A stretch of 64,000 nt of DNA from an uncultured Chloroflexia bacterium (GCA_963768675.1 CAVYIV010000015.1:156345-220344), one strand, 5' to 3'; shown: positions 31,180 to 40,756, counted from the first letter of the stretch. Translations and numbers: made by a program. The notes: generated from the letters alone by a model not told the origin.

Positions 31180-31318
31180 GCGACACGACCTTTCTAGGCA
31201 AGCATCGCACCTCGCCTGTCGCCGTCAATGACGTGCCGTCGTGCGGCGGGCGGGAACGTCGGCGGCAACGCGCCGTCGCAATCAGCCACAGCCGTGGACT
31301 ACTTCCTGCGGGACGGGC

Positions 31319-31738
31319 TCAGAGCCATTTCTCCATGAAGACAAGCTCACGGCGCACGTAACCGACCCGGTCGTAGAAGCCCGCGACCTCCACGTTGTCC
31401 GGCTCGACGTGGAGGTTGATCTTGGCACAGCCGTGTGTCCGCAGGCGGGCCTCCACCTCGGCCACGAGGCGACGGCCCACGCCGGAGCCCTGCCGCGCCG
31501 GCGCCACGGCAAGATGGTGGAGCCAGCCGCGACGGCCATCGAACGTTCCGAGCACCGCGCCCATGATCTGGCCCTCGGCTTCCGCCACGACGAAGAGGTC
31601 GGCGGCATGGTCGAGCGTTGCCGCCAGCGCAGCACGGGAGTCGGAAACGGTAAGCCTGAGCCCGACCGCCTGCCACAGTGCCACCACCTCCTCGTAGTCG
31701 GGCCAGTCGAATGTGCGGATGGTGACCGTAGGCGGCAT
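31319..31738 (-). CDS. GNAT family N-acetyltransferase
   Basis: HLAVAPARQGSGVGRRLV is acetyl-CoA-binding motif A. The start was placed at the second Met. Confidence 0.65.
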   Translation of the reverse strand: MPPTVTIRTFDWPDYEEVVALWQAVGLRLTVSDSRAALAATLDHAADLFVVAEAEGQIMGAVLGTFDGRRGWLHHLAVAPARQGSGVGRRLVAEVEARLRTHGCAKINLHVEPDNVEVAGFYDRVGYVRRELVFMEKWL

Positions 31739-31964
31739 CGCGGCCAGTGTATCGGGATGCCACGCCGGCCCCAACAGCGTTCAAGCGGAGCCAGCCAGGT
31801 TGCCCGGGCAGAGGAGAGTGCCGACAAGGCGGAGGTCTGCGACCACCTCGTCCCGCAGCGGCTCGATCGCATCCACATCGGGGCGGCCACGGAGAAGACG
31901 CGAACATGCCGGGGTTCCCGTACCGCTCGCTGGCCTCGTCGGGGGCGGGAGGCATGCCTGCTCC

Positions 31965-31994
31965 TATACTCCCCGTCTTCGCACTGGGGGGCGT
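31965..31994 (+). promoter_or_regulatory. conserved promoter/leader motif copy B: TATACTCCCCGTCTTCGCACTGGGGGGCGT
   Basis: 76 nt upstream of the 89-aa ORF start. 27/30 identical to copy A. Confidence 0.4.
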
Positions 31995-32040
31995 TCCAGC
32001 CATCAGGCTGTCGAGACGTGCCTCCCCAAGGGGGGCAGAA

Positions 32041-32310
32041 ATGCCGAAGATCGTGGTCACTGCGGCGGTCAAGGATGTCGAGGCGTGGCTGAAGTACAAG
32101 CCGCAGCTCATCGCCCAGCTGTCCGCCGTCGCGTCGGACGGGGCCAGCTACGTCGCGGCGGATGGCAGCAACCGCGTCGCCAGCACGTGGGACGTCCCCG
32201 ACCTGGAGGCATTCCAGGCAGCCCAGAGCGCACCCGCCTCTCCCGAGATGGCGGCGGCGATGGAAGCGTACGGGATGATCCCGCCGATGACGGTCTACGT
32301 CGAGAAGTAG
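32041..32310 (+). CDS. hypothetical small protein (89 aa)
   Basis: MPKIVVTAAVKDVEAWLKYKPQLIAQLSAV...MTVYVEK, preceded by an AAGGGGGG RBS and the conserved TATACT leader motif. Confidence 0.45.
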   Translation: MPKIVVTAAVKDVEAWLKYKPQLIAQLSAVASDGASYVAADGSNRVASTWDVPDLEAFQAAQSAPASPEMAAAMEAYGMIPPMTVYVEK

Positions 32311-32406
32311 CCCGACCACCACAGACGAGGCGCCGCGAGAGTCACGGTCATCGCGGCGTCTCGCGGTCTTTGGGCGGCGCCATGCCAGGGTCGCGTCAGC
32401 AACCGC

Positions 32407-33087
32407 CTACCTGCCGGCGGCGACCAGCTCGATCCGCTGGGTGAACGAGAGCCGCCACGGCCAACGCCACGGTGTTGCGCTCACGAACCGAAGGGGCGAG
32501 CCTGCGACCTTGTCGAGTGGTTCCGGCTGGTGGCGGTGGACCGGCACGACGCCCGGTTGGATGTCCCAGATGAGCGCCCGACCGCCGGGACGCAACACCC
32601 GGCCGATCTCCGCCAGCCCGGTCGTCGCATCGGCCCAGTGGTGCATCGAGAGGGTGCTCACGACGACGTCGAACGAGGCGTCGGGGAACGGAAGCGCGGC
32701 CACGCCACCGGCCACGAAGGTCGGGTGGCGCTCGGCGGTGACCGCCCGCTCCGCGTTGGCGCGGGCCCGCTCGATCATCGCCGGGTCGAGGTCGAGTCCC
32801 GTCACCTCGAGGCCGTGATCGCGGGCCAGCCGGTTCGGGAGGTGCCCGGGGCCGCAGCCCACGTCGAGGACCCGACCACCGACCGGTGCGGTGGCGGCGA
32901 CATCGGCCGCGACCGAGTCGTAGAAGGACCCGAGCAGAACCCCGGTGAGTGAGTCGTAGCGGGCGGCGTCGGCCATGACGATCCCATCGGGTGCATGGAG
33001 CGCCACGGAGCCGCGCCTGTGTCGCAGGACCGCGACGCCCGCCACGGCGCCGCCGAGCATCACCGCCACACTGCGCCGCCGGGGCAT
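32407..33087 (-). CDS. class I SAM-dependent methyltransferase (Methyltransf_11 / UbiE-like)
   Basis: Carries the SAM motif VLDVGCGPGHL and the post-I acidic motif VTGLDLDPAMI. Confidence 0.7.
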   Translation of the reverse strand: MPRRRSVAVMLGGAVAGVAVLRHRRGSVALHAPDGIVMADAARYDSLTGVLLGSFYDSVAADVAATAPVGGRVLDVGCGPGHLPNRLARDHGLEVTGLDLDPAMIERARANAERAVTAERHPTFVAGGVAALPFPDASFDVVVSTLSMHHWADATTGLAEIGRVLRPGGRALIWDIQPGVVPVHRHQPEPLDKVAGSPLRFVSATPWRWPWRLSFTQRIELVAAGR

Positions 33088-33617
33088 GTCGACCTCCTAT
33101 CTAGCGAGGATGTCCGAAAGCGTAGGAGATGGCAGGCCTGTCTGCCCGTACAGCCGGATGCGTAGCGCGTTCGGCGGGCTGTTCGCCAAGGCGAGAGGAC
33201 GGCCTCGGACACAGTGGCGTGCCCAAGAACGCGCCGGGGAGCGGCTTCGCGGGAACGGCGGCGACGCATGCGCGTGACGCGTCGGCGGTCTCGACCAGCC
33301 GATCGCGCCACGGACCGCGAGGTCGGCGTCGTCGCGGCTGTGCTGGCGACCGGCTCGGAGAAGGCGGCAGCCCACTGCTTGGGCCTGTTGCCGTCGGGCA
33401 GCGGGCTTCGTGACGAGATGCCAGCAGAGGACCGCAGCTTTTGTCCCGAAGTCCGGATAGGCCTCTACAACGGCGAGGCCGGCCTGCGGAGCGGTCAGCG
33501 CGGAATCCGACAGACCGATCCAGTTGAAGTCGGCGATGAGCTCAACTGGCACCCCGGACGCACGGACACTCAGCAACACGCTCTTGAGACGTGGCCGCGC
33601 CCGCGTCCCGTCCCGAG

Positions 33618-33965
33618 TCAGCCCCGGCCGAGCAGCGTGTCGATCCCGGCGAGGACCAGCTCGAGACTCGACGCCGAGAGGCGACCGGCGCGCTCGGTGA
33701 GCGACGCGCGATCGAGCGTGACGAGCTGGGTGACGTTCGCGACCGACGGCTTCGCGAGCCCGGTCGCCCGGGCAGCCAGCAGGACATTGCCCGGGGCGTC
33801 CGCCCACCTGAGGTTGCTCGTGAGCGCGACGCAGACGACGGTGCGGAGGCTGCTGGCGTTGAAGGCGTCACCCTGGACCACCACGACCGGCCGGCGGTAC
33901 CCGGGCTCCGAGCCGGCGGGCTCGGCGAGGTCCGCCCACCAGACTTCGCCCTGGGCGATTACCAC
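33618..33965 (-). CDS. mazF: MazF/PemK-family endoribonuclease toxin
   Basis: GEVWWADLAEPAGSEPGYRRPVVVVQGDAFNASSLRTVVCVALTSNLR...VTLDRASLTERAGRLS. The GTG start overlaps the antitoxin stop. Confidence 0.75.
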   Translation of the reverse strand: MVIAQGEVWWADLAEPAGSEPGYRRPVVVVQGDAFNASSLRTVVCVALTSNLRWADAPGNVLLAARATGLAKPSVANVTQLVTLDRASLTERAGRLSASSLELVLAGIDTLLGRG

Positions 33966-34198
33966 TCGGCGGCGCCGAGCGTCCGGCGGGCGGCCGCCGC
34001 GGGGAACGGGTCGGTGGGCGGCCCGCCGATGTCCGCGAGCACGGCGTCGAGGCCCGCGGTGACCTCGTCGGGTGCGTGACGGGCGACGTAGTCGCGCAGG
34101 GCCGCGCTGTACACCTCGCTTCGCGACCGGCGGGAGCGCTTCGCGAGGCGGTCCACCTGGGCGAACAGGTCGTCGGGCACCGAGACGGCTGTCTTCAT
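33959..34198 (-). CDS. mazE: ribbon-helix-helix antitoxin (MazE/ParD-like)
   Basis: MKTAVSVPDDLFAQVDRLAKRSRRSRSEVYSAALRDYV is a RHH motif. Confidence 0.6.
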   Translation of the reverse strand: MKTAVSVPDDLFAQVDRLAKRSRRSRSEVYSAALRDYVARHAPDEVTAGLDAVLADIGGPPTDPFPAAAARRTLGAAEW

Positions 34199-34957
34199 AC
34201 CGGGAGTATAACCGCGTACCACGCCCGCAGCAAGAAGGCCGGACCGCGGCGGTCCGGCTTCGGTGTGTCTCGCGAGCTGGTCGGGGCGAGAGGAATTCCG
34301 CCGTCGTGTCTAGCGCTGGCGCCGCGGTCCGGTTCGTGCGTAGAACCGCCGCCCGGGAGCACGCGCACGCGGGTTGACGGGTCAGCCCAAGGCACCGAGG
34401 CAAGGCACCGTCATGCCCCGGGGCGTGACGGTGCGCGTCCCAGCCCGCGGTCGAATTGGACGGCCTCCGGTGAGAGTGGACCGCGCCCTATGGGGCAGGC
34501 CGATCCGGCCTCAGTCGAAGAACGTCCAGTCGGAACGGTAGTCAGCGGGGGCCGCCATCGAATTCGTTCCAGCCACGTCCGCTCGGCGGGCGCTGCGGGC
34601 TTGTCGTCGTGGTCGGGCTGGGAGATCAAGCCGGGGTCCATCACCGCCGGGTCACCCACCACGGGTTGTGCGGAGATGGGCCGCTCTAGGCGGGTGCTGT
34701 CGGGAACTGTTGAGCCGGGACGCATCTCGTCTACACCTTGGCGTCAACCACCGCATCCGCGACGCCCGACGGGCGACGAGCACCTGCCGGCGTAGTGACC
34801 ACTTGCCAAGAGTCAGACGGCATCTGGCCAACAGACACCATCAGCGTCGACCCTCGGGTCGCCCGGTGCGCGTCCCCCCAGATAAGTGCGGAGCGCCCGG
34901 CGAGGAGCCGGGCTCACGTTGGCGCTCATCGGGAACGCGCCGCCCTATCCTCGTCCG

Positions 34958-35557
34958 GTGACCTTGACCGTCGCCGTCGCCGTCTTCCCGGTCATCTTCT
35001 TGGCCGAACTGCCGGACAAGACCATGTTCGCCTCGGTGCTCCTCGCGACGCGAGGCCGACCAGTGTCGGTCTGGGCCGGAGCGGCGCTGGCCTTCGTCGT
35101 CCATGTGGCGCTCGCGGTGACCGTCGGTGGGGTGCTGTTCGCCCTCCTGCCACCCCGCGCCGTGGAGGCCATCGTGGCGGTGCTGTTCCTCGGCGGTGGG
35201 GTCTTCGCTCTGCGCGACAGCGTGGCCGTCGAGTCATCCGAAGGCGAGCGGGCCACACAGGTCGCTGGGGCACGGCGCACCCTCGCCACCGCGTTCCTCG
35301 TCATCTTCCTCGCTGAGTGGGGCGACCTTACCCAGATCCTCACCGCGACCCTCGCCGCCCAGTACCACGACCCTCTTGCCGTAGGGCTCGGCGCGGTCAG
35401 CGCGCTGTGGGCCGTGGCTGCCCTTGCGGTCGGTGCCGGGCGACTTCTGGAACGGCTCCCCATGAGCCTTGTGCGACGCCTGACCGGGATCGTCCTCATC
35501 GTGTTGGCCGTACTCGTCGGGGTCGAAGCCGCGACGGGGCTCAGCGGCCCGCTCTGA
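34958..35557 (+). CDS. UPF0016 / GDT1-TMEM165 family cation (Ca2+/Mn2+) transporter
   Basis: Carries two E-x-G-D-(K/L)-T repeats (AELPDKT and AEWGDLTQ) in a 6-TM protein. The GTG start was chosen just before TM1. Confidence 0.7.
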   Translation: MTLTVAVAVFPVIFLAELPDKTMFASVLLATRGRPVSVWAGAALAFVVHVALAVTVGGVLFALLPPRAVEAIVAVLFLGGGVFALRDSVAVESSEGERATQVAGARRTLATAFLVIFLAEWGDLTQILTATLAAQYHDPLAVGLGAVSALWAVAALAVGAGRLLERLPMSLVRRLTGIVLIVLAVLVGVEAATGLSGPL

Positions 35558-36022
35558 GCGTCAGGCTGCTCACGGTCGAGGAGGCCTCGTCGACGCGGCG
35601 CGACCAGGGGCTCCGTCACGACCGACGTCTCGCCGTAGTACTCGGCCCGCCTGACCTCGCGGAGATCGGCCTCATCGAGCGCCGCCTGCTTGACGGTCAG
35701 GTCGTGTGTGTTGGCCGCCGCGTCCTGGTCCATGCCCAAGCCGCTCATGATCACGGTGCCGACGATGGATGGGTTCGGGGGCTGCATGGCTGCAACGCGC
35801 GCCGCCATCGATGCCCCGTCGAAACGACGACGGTCGCTCCGGCTCGGCCGGCGCCCAGTCGACTGCTTCTGCCTCCACTACGGTGAGGATCGGCGGACGA
35901 GACGATCAAGCAGGCGTCGAACAAGACTCGGAGGCTCGACCGGACCGCGGTGGTTATCCAACCGTTCGACCCGGCGGAGCGACGGCTTGCCGTCCTCCGG
36001 ACGCTCCGGGCGGACATGACGA

Positions 36023-37429
36023 TCAGGAGGGCAGGCCGAGGCGGGCGAGATCGTCCCCGGTGAACGGTGCCGCCGCCACGGAGACTCCCTTCGGGCTGAT
36101 CGTGAACGGCCGGAGGAACAGGTCATGGCCGCTCCCCCGGGTCTTCAGGACCGCCAGCGCTCGCCCGATCTCGCGTCCCTGCAGGGTGTAGCGCAGCAGC
36201 ATCACGTTGTCGGCGAGATTCGAGACCGCCTTGCCTTCCGAGACCGAGCCGAGGCCGGTCAACTCGGCGGTCTCGAACGTCAGAAGGAGCGAGATCCCCA
36301 ACCGTGAACACCGCTGCGACAGCGAGTAGAGGTATTCGCGGAGGCGGGTTTCCTCGCCCACGGTGATCCCCAGGTCGTTGATGCTGTCGATGACGATCCG
36401 GCGCGCGCCGATCCGCGCCGCGGTGTCGAGGACCTCGTACACCCACTCATCGATGTACAGGTCGACGGGCGAGCGATAGAGGATCTCGAAGCGAGACTGG
36501 TCGATACCGAAGACTTCGAGCGTCTGGCGAATCTGGCTCTCATTCTCCTGCAGGCTCGCCAGGAGCACAGGCTCTCCCGCCTCGGCGCCGGCGCCCAGGT
36601 AATGCAGCGCGAGGACGGTCTTCCCTGCGCCGGATGGGCCGGCCAGGAGGGTCGACGAGGAGCGGAAGATCCCCCCGTCCAGCATCCGGTCGATCTCGGG
36701 GATACCCATCGATAGCCGCCCGAGTCCGACCTCGTAGCCGGTCGTCGGCGGCACGTCAGCGAGCCGTGGAAACACGTGGACACCATCAGCCGACAGGCGA
36801 TACGCGTGCTCGCCCGAAAGGTATGCGCTGCCCCGCAGCTTGAGCACGCGCAGCGTCCGCATCTGCCGGGTGCCCACGACGTCCGTGCGGAACGTGATGA
36901 TGGCGTCGGCAACGGCGAACTCGGGAGCCTCGTTGGGCTCCTCCGAGGCGTATTCGCCGACCCAGAAGACGCTCGTGGGTGTGGCGCTCAGACGCTCGGC
37001 CAGCTCGGACGCGAAACGGCGGAAGCTCTGGGCGTCCGGCGCGAAGGCTGCCATGGCCTTGAAGCTGTCGATGACGAGGATGCCCGGCGTGCGCTCGCGG
37101 AGGATCGTGGTGATCTCGTCGAGCGCGCCGTCGAGTCCCCGCCGCTGCAGGGCATCGCTCAGGCTGCCAAAGAACACCCGCCGGCCGATGGCATGCCGGT
37201 CGAAGAAGCTGAGTTCCTGCCCGTAGCGGATCATCTTGTCGAACGGCTCCGACATGGTCGCCAGGTACACAGCGGGGCGCTGCTCGGTCGCATTCTCGAA
37301 GACGTACTGCTCGGCGAGCATCGTCTTTCCCGACCCCGGCAGACCCGAAATCAGGTTGATCCCGTTGACCGGAAGACCGCCGCCCAGCACCTCGTCGAGG
37401 CGCGCGCTGCCGCTGAGGAGACGATCCAT
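36023..37429 (-). CDS. kaiC: KaiC-family double-RecA-domain ATPase
   Basis: 468 aa with two Walker A loops (GLPGSGKT and AGPSGAGKT) and an N-terminus MDRLLSGSARLDEVLGGGLPVNGINLISG. No kaiA or kaiB nearby. Confidence 0.8.
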   Translation of the reverse strand: MDRLLSGSARLDEVLGGGLPVNGINLISGLPGSGKTMLAEQYVFENATEQRPAVYLATMSEPFDKMIRYGQELSFFDRHAIGRRVFFGSLSDALQRRGLDGALDEITTILRERTPGILVIDSFKAMAAFAPDAQSFRRFASELAERLSATPTSVFWVGEYASEEPNEAPEFAVADAIITFRTDVVGTRQMRTLRVLKLRGSAYLSGEHAYRLSADGVHVFPRLADVPPTTGYEVGLGRLSMGIPEIDRMLDGGIFRSSSTLLAGPSGAGKTVLALHYLGAGAEAGEPVLLASLQENESQIRQTLEVFGIDQSRFEILYRSPVDLYIDEWVYEVLDTAARIGARRIVIDSINDLGITVGEETRLREYLYSLSQRCSRLGISLLLTFETAELTGLGSVSEGKAVSNLADNVMLLRYTLQGREIGRALAVLKTRGSGHDLFLRPFTISPKGVSVAAAPFTGDDLARLGLPS

Positions 37430-37436
37430 CAGGCTG

Positions 37437-38093
37437 TCATCTCCCTCTGATCAAGGCGCTCTCGCCGAGCAGATCCCTGACGGTCGACACGAGCACCAGT
37501 GGATCGAGCGGCTTCTTGAGGAACGCGTCCGCGCCGGCGTCGACAGCCTCTCCGGGAATGTCGAGACCGGAGATCGCCAGGATCGGCGTCGATGAGCGCG
37601 CCCTCAGGCGGCGGCAGAGATCGATCCCGGTCCCGCCCGAGATGAGGAGCTCGACGACGGCCAAGTCAGGCTGGGTCTGCCCGAATCGCTCTTCCGCATC
37701 GGCAGCGTCGAGGGTCAGAAGCACCTCATAGCCCTCGGTGCGCAGGAAGTACTCGCTCAACTCCGCGGCATAGCGATCACGCTCCGCCAGCAGGATCAGC
37801 AGCCGTCGCCCACCAGGCATCGCCGGTACGTCTCCGTCGTCGGCCATGCCGAACTGGTCCACGAGCAGGCGATGCGCTTCGGCCGGGGTCGCTCCCTCGG
37901 CGATCTGGGTCTTCAGGAACTGGAGCTGTTCGAGCTGATCTCGCGAGTAGAGCCGCTGCCCCCCCGAAGTCCGGGCGGGACGAACCGTCCCGTAGCGGGC
38001 CTCCCATGAGCGGAGCGTGCCGACCGGAACACCGAGCATGCGCGACACGGCCCCGATCGTGTAGATGGGCCGGGGATTGGATGAGGTCGTCAT
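37437..38093 (-). CDS. MerR-family HTH regulator fused to a response-regulator receiver (REC) domain
   Basis: The N-terminus YTIGAVSRMLGVPVGTLRSWEARYG is a MerR HTH. The C-terminus RRLLILLAERDRYAAELSE...DLAVVELLISGGTGIDLCRRLR...AFLKKP is a REC domain. It sits 8 nt upstream of kaiC on the same strand. Confidence 0.7.
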   Translation of the reverse strand: MTTSSNPRPIYTIGAVSRMLGVPVGTLRSWEARYGTVRPARTSGGQRLYSRDQLEQLQFLKTQIAEGATPAEAHRLLVDQFGMADDGDVPAMPGGRRLLILLAERDRYAAELSEYFLRTEGYEVLLTLDAADAEERFGQTQPDLAVVELLISGGTGIDLCRRLRARSSTPILAISGLDIPGEAVDAGADAFLKKPLDPLVLVSTVRDLLGESALIRGR

Positions 38094-38316
38094 CGACGGC
38101 GATGGTACCCGGTCATGCTGTCATCTGCAAGACATCTACACACTCTCGCTGGAACATGGCCGAGATAGTTCCCAGGCACCTCTATGCAACCTTCACAATA
38201 CATGCTATCCTCCTCGACACAAGAGATGTAGGGGGGGCGACGAGAACCAGGTGTTGCAGGTCGGGATCACCCTGGAGCCGCGCGCCAGCGGCGACGTACC
38301 GGGGTCGCGCTCCCTG

Positions 38317-39093
38317 ATGCTCGGTTTGGGCAACGCCCCTGCCGCCGAACCACGCCGGGCGCTCGTGCTCCACGATCGGCCGCCTGTTGTGGATCTCATC
38401 GAGCTGACGCTGAACCACGGCCTGTTCGTCGTCAAGGCTGCCCACAACCTGCCCGAGGCCGATGTCATCCTGGCCCGATGGCAACCGCACCTCGTGGTGG
38501 TGGACATGGATCACGATGACTCGACGGCCTTGCTCCACAGCTTGGAGACCTTGAACACCCTGACGAGGAGCTTCACGCCAGCTCTCGGCCTCACCCCCCG
38601 GGGCGACCTTGCCACGAAATTGCGGGCCTTCGAACTCGGGGTCGACGACATCCTGACGATGCCGTTCATGCCCGATGAACTGATCGCACGAGCGCTCGTC
38701 CTCGGCCGCCGGGCCACGGGGACCGAGCGGCCCTTGGTCACGGTCGTGAAGGTCGGCGAGATCGAGGTTGATATCGCCAATCACGAAATCCGGATCGGTC
38801 GGTCCGTGACCGTCCTCAGCCGGACCGAGCAGGCCCTGCTGTACCTGCTTGCCAGCCGTGCCGGACGCGTCGTGACCAGGGAAGAGATCCTCGACGTCGT
38901 CTGGGGTCCCGACTTCGTGGCCGAGAGCAACATCGTCGATCGCCACATCCGGAGCCTGCGGGTTAAGCTCCATGACGACCACCGCGACCCGCGCTTCATC
39001 GCCACGGTCTCCGGCGTCGGCTACCGCTTCATCCCGACCTTCTCGAATGCGGGCTGGACCGGCGACGCCACGCGGGACGCGCCGAGACAGTAG
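38317..39093 (+). CDS. OmpR/PhoB-family response regulator (REC plus winged-helix)
   Basis: The REC domain is RALVLHDRPPVVDLIEL...LVVVDMDHDD. The C-terminus ...EILDVVWGPDFVAESNIVDRHIRSLRVKL...VSGVGYRF is a trans_reg_C domain. Divergent from the MerR-REC/kaiC operon. Confidence 0.7.
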   Translation: MLGLGNAPAAEPRRALVLHDRPPVVDLIELTLNHGLFVVKAAHNLPEADVILARWQPHLVVVDMDHDDSTALLHSLETLNTLTRSFTPALGLTPRGDLATKLRAFELGVDDILTMPFMPDELIARALVLGRRATGTERPLVTVVKVGEIEVDIANHEIRIGRSVTVLSRTEQALLYLLASRAGRVVTREEILDVVWGPDFVAESNIVDRHIRSLRVKLHDDHRDPRFIATVSGVGYRFIPTFSNAGWTGDATRDAPRQ

Positions 39094-39882
39094 CAAGCGT
39101 TCAGCGCGTGGACCTCGTACGTGCCGGCTCCCAGCTGCGCGGTCACGGCTCGGTGGCCCTTGCCCACGGCGTCCGAGAATGACTGGACGGGAGCGGCGAC
39201 GGTCAGGCGCGCGACCGCCTCGCCACCTCGCTCGTAGCGGACCTGGGTCTCCATCCCGTAGATGTCGGTGCTCCTGACGCCCAGCTCGGCCGGCTCGCAG
39301 CCGATCAAGCCCGCGACCCAGGCCCGCGCATCCCACGTCCCCACGTCAGGACTCGACGCGATGTGCGCCGGGGCGCGAGGCGATGGCCGCGCCGATGATC
39401 AGCGCCGGCGCCATCCCGGCCGCGACCACCAGGCGCGGTGCCCCGGCCAGGGAAAGCCCCGCGCCGAGACCGACCGAGCCCGCGGCGAGCCACCGGAGCA
39501 TCGGGTCCGGGAGCATCTGCAGGGCGCTCCTTGTTCCGCCGGCCCCGGTCCGCGTCGCGCGAATTGTCCCGGGGACACGACTCGCGAGCGCCCTGCCGGC
39601 GGTCCGGGCGATCGTCAGCGCCCCCGCCAGGCGCCGCCCGGCACGCGCGTGGCGGCGGCGAGGATCATGCGCGGGCGGCGACGTGCTTGTGGCGCGCCGC
39701 CTGCCTTTCACGACGTTCATGTCTGACTCCTGCTCAGCGATGGCCGGCGCGAGAACCAGCACAGGAGCGGCCCGAAGCGGAGCCGGTCCTGCCTGACACC
39801 CGCGCCGAGCCGAGCTGCCGCCTGCATCGCTGCTACGCGGTGCAGGCCGCCTTCCGACCAGGCTTCAGCGAGGAACGGTGAG

Positions 39883-40140
39883 CTAGCCTTCCGTGTCGGC
39901 GAACGTGCCCTTCACGTCGTCTGCCGCGGTCAGCGGCTCGGTGCGCTCGCCGGACGCGAAGTCGCCGTGGAGGCCCGCCTCCAGCTTCTCTTCCGAGGTT
40001 TCTGCTTCGGTCCGCTCGCCCGCCGCGAAGTCGCCCTGGAGACCTGCTTCCAGGACTTCCTCCGGTGTTCGTGCTTCGGTCCGCTCGCCGGACGCGAAGT
40101 CGCCCGGCGGTGTTGCCATCGGCGGTGTGTTGATGCTCAC
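39883..40140 (-). CDS. acidic tandem-repeat protein (3 x 23-aa GDFA[SA]GERTE... units)
   Basis: GTG start with an AAGGAG RBS 6 nt upstream. VSINTPPMATPPGDFASGERTEARTPEEVLEAGLQ GDFAAGERTEAETSEEKLEAGLH GDFASGERTEPLTAADDVKG. Encoded by three 69-bp DNA repeats. Confidence 0.45.
   Translation of the reverse strand: MSINTPPMATPPGDFASGERTEARTPEEVLEAGLQGDFAAGERTEAETSEEKLEAGLHGDFASGERTEPLTAADDVKGTFADTEG
39915..40120. repeat. 3 x 69-bp tandem repeat (coding, inside the acidic repeat-protein gene)
   Basis: The unit ...cggtccgctcgccggacgcgaagtcgcc... recurs at ~39930, ~39999 and ~40068. Confidence 0.5.
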
Positions 40141-40266
40141 GGGAGTCTCCTTCTCGCTTTCCCAGCGACTGGGGTTGCGGCATCGCGGATCCCGCAGGCG
40201 TCGAGCAGGAGCAGTGATGGGCGACGGGCCGTCCCAATCGCGAGTCTGCTGCCTGCGCGTCTGCGC

Positions 40267-40287
40267 GTCATGACGGTCCGTCATCTC
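40267..40287. repeat. double-palindrome motif copy 1 (GTCATGAC-GGTCC-GTCATCTC)
   Basis: ~125 bp upstream of the acidic repeat-protein gene. Confidence 0.5.
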
Positions 40288-40501
40288 GCCGACACGATGC
40301 GGCGTTGCAGCCACGAATTGTTGCTCCCGGTGCGCCAGGAGGGAGTCTCGGCAGCACCGGGAGCAGTGCGGAGGGGAGGTATTCGACGTGTGCGCCTGGA
40401 TCCACGATCGATCCAGAGGCGTGCGCAATGTGCACCGTGCGGACGAGCGCGTCATTACGGCTCGTCATGAGGCTCGTCACGGCCCGATCCCGCGGAACTT
40501 G

Positions 40502-40672
40502 TCAGCCGTGCGGCGCGCCGCCCATCGTCATCGCGACGACGAGGAGGACCAGGAGGATCCCGACCAGGAGCACAGCCGACTCGAGCTTGACTCTCCGGCC
40601 CGCCCGGACCTCGGCCTGGATCTCCAGCCCGTAGCCAGAATCGTCATTGCCGCTGCGGGCTTCGATGCTCGC
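40502..40672 (-). CDS. hypothetical C-terminally anchored small protein (56 aa)
   Basis: GTG with a GGAGA RBS: VASIEARSGNDDSGYGLEIQAEVRAGRRVKLESAVLLVGILLVLLVVAMTMGGAPHG. Below the ORF-track threshold. A degenerate copy of the palindromic motif lies ~65 bp upstream. Confidence 0.2.
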   Translation of the reverse strand, partial: ASIEARSGNDDSGYGLEIQAEVRAGRRVKLESAVLLVGILLVLLVVAMTMGGAPHG

Positions 40673-40735
40673 CACAGGATCTCCGGGTGCTCCGTGGGGT
40701 CAACGAGCGGTACTCTCGGGCCTCGAGGCGCTCGT

Positions 40736-40756
40736 GTCATTACCCCCCGTCATCTC
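40736..40756. repeat. double-palindrome motif copy 2, degenerate (GTCATTAC-CCCCC-GTCATCTC)
   Basis: Upstream of the 56-aa minus-strand ORF. Confidence 0.35.

Noticed and set aside
33097-33617. 236-aa minus-strand ORF downstream of mazF (..ELIADFNWIGLSDSALTAPQAGLAVVEAYPDFGTK..)
   Set aside because: It has no internal start, overlaps mazF, and no family was recognised. It is possibly a gene remnant, but support is insufficient.
38094-38316. Inverted repeat CATCTACA ... AGATGTAG in the kaiC-operon / response-regulator divergent intergenic region
   Set aside because: The arms are ~100 bp apart and short (7-8 bp). The region is plausibly just a pair of divergent promoters. Noted but not called as a feature.
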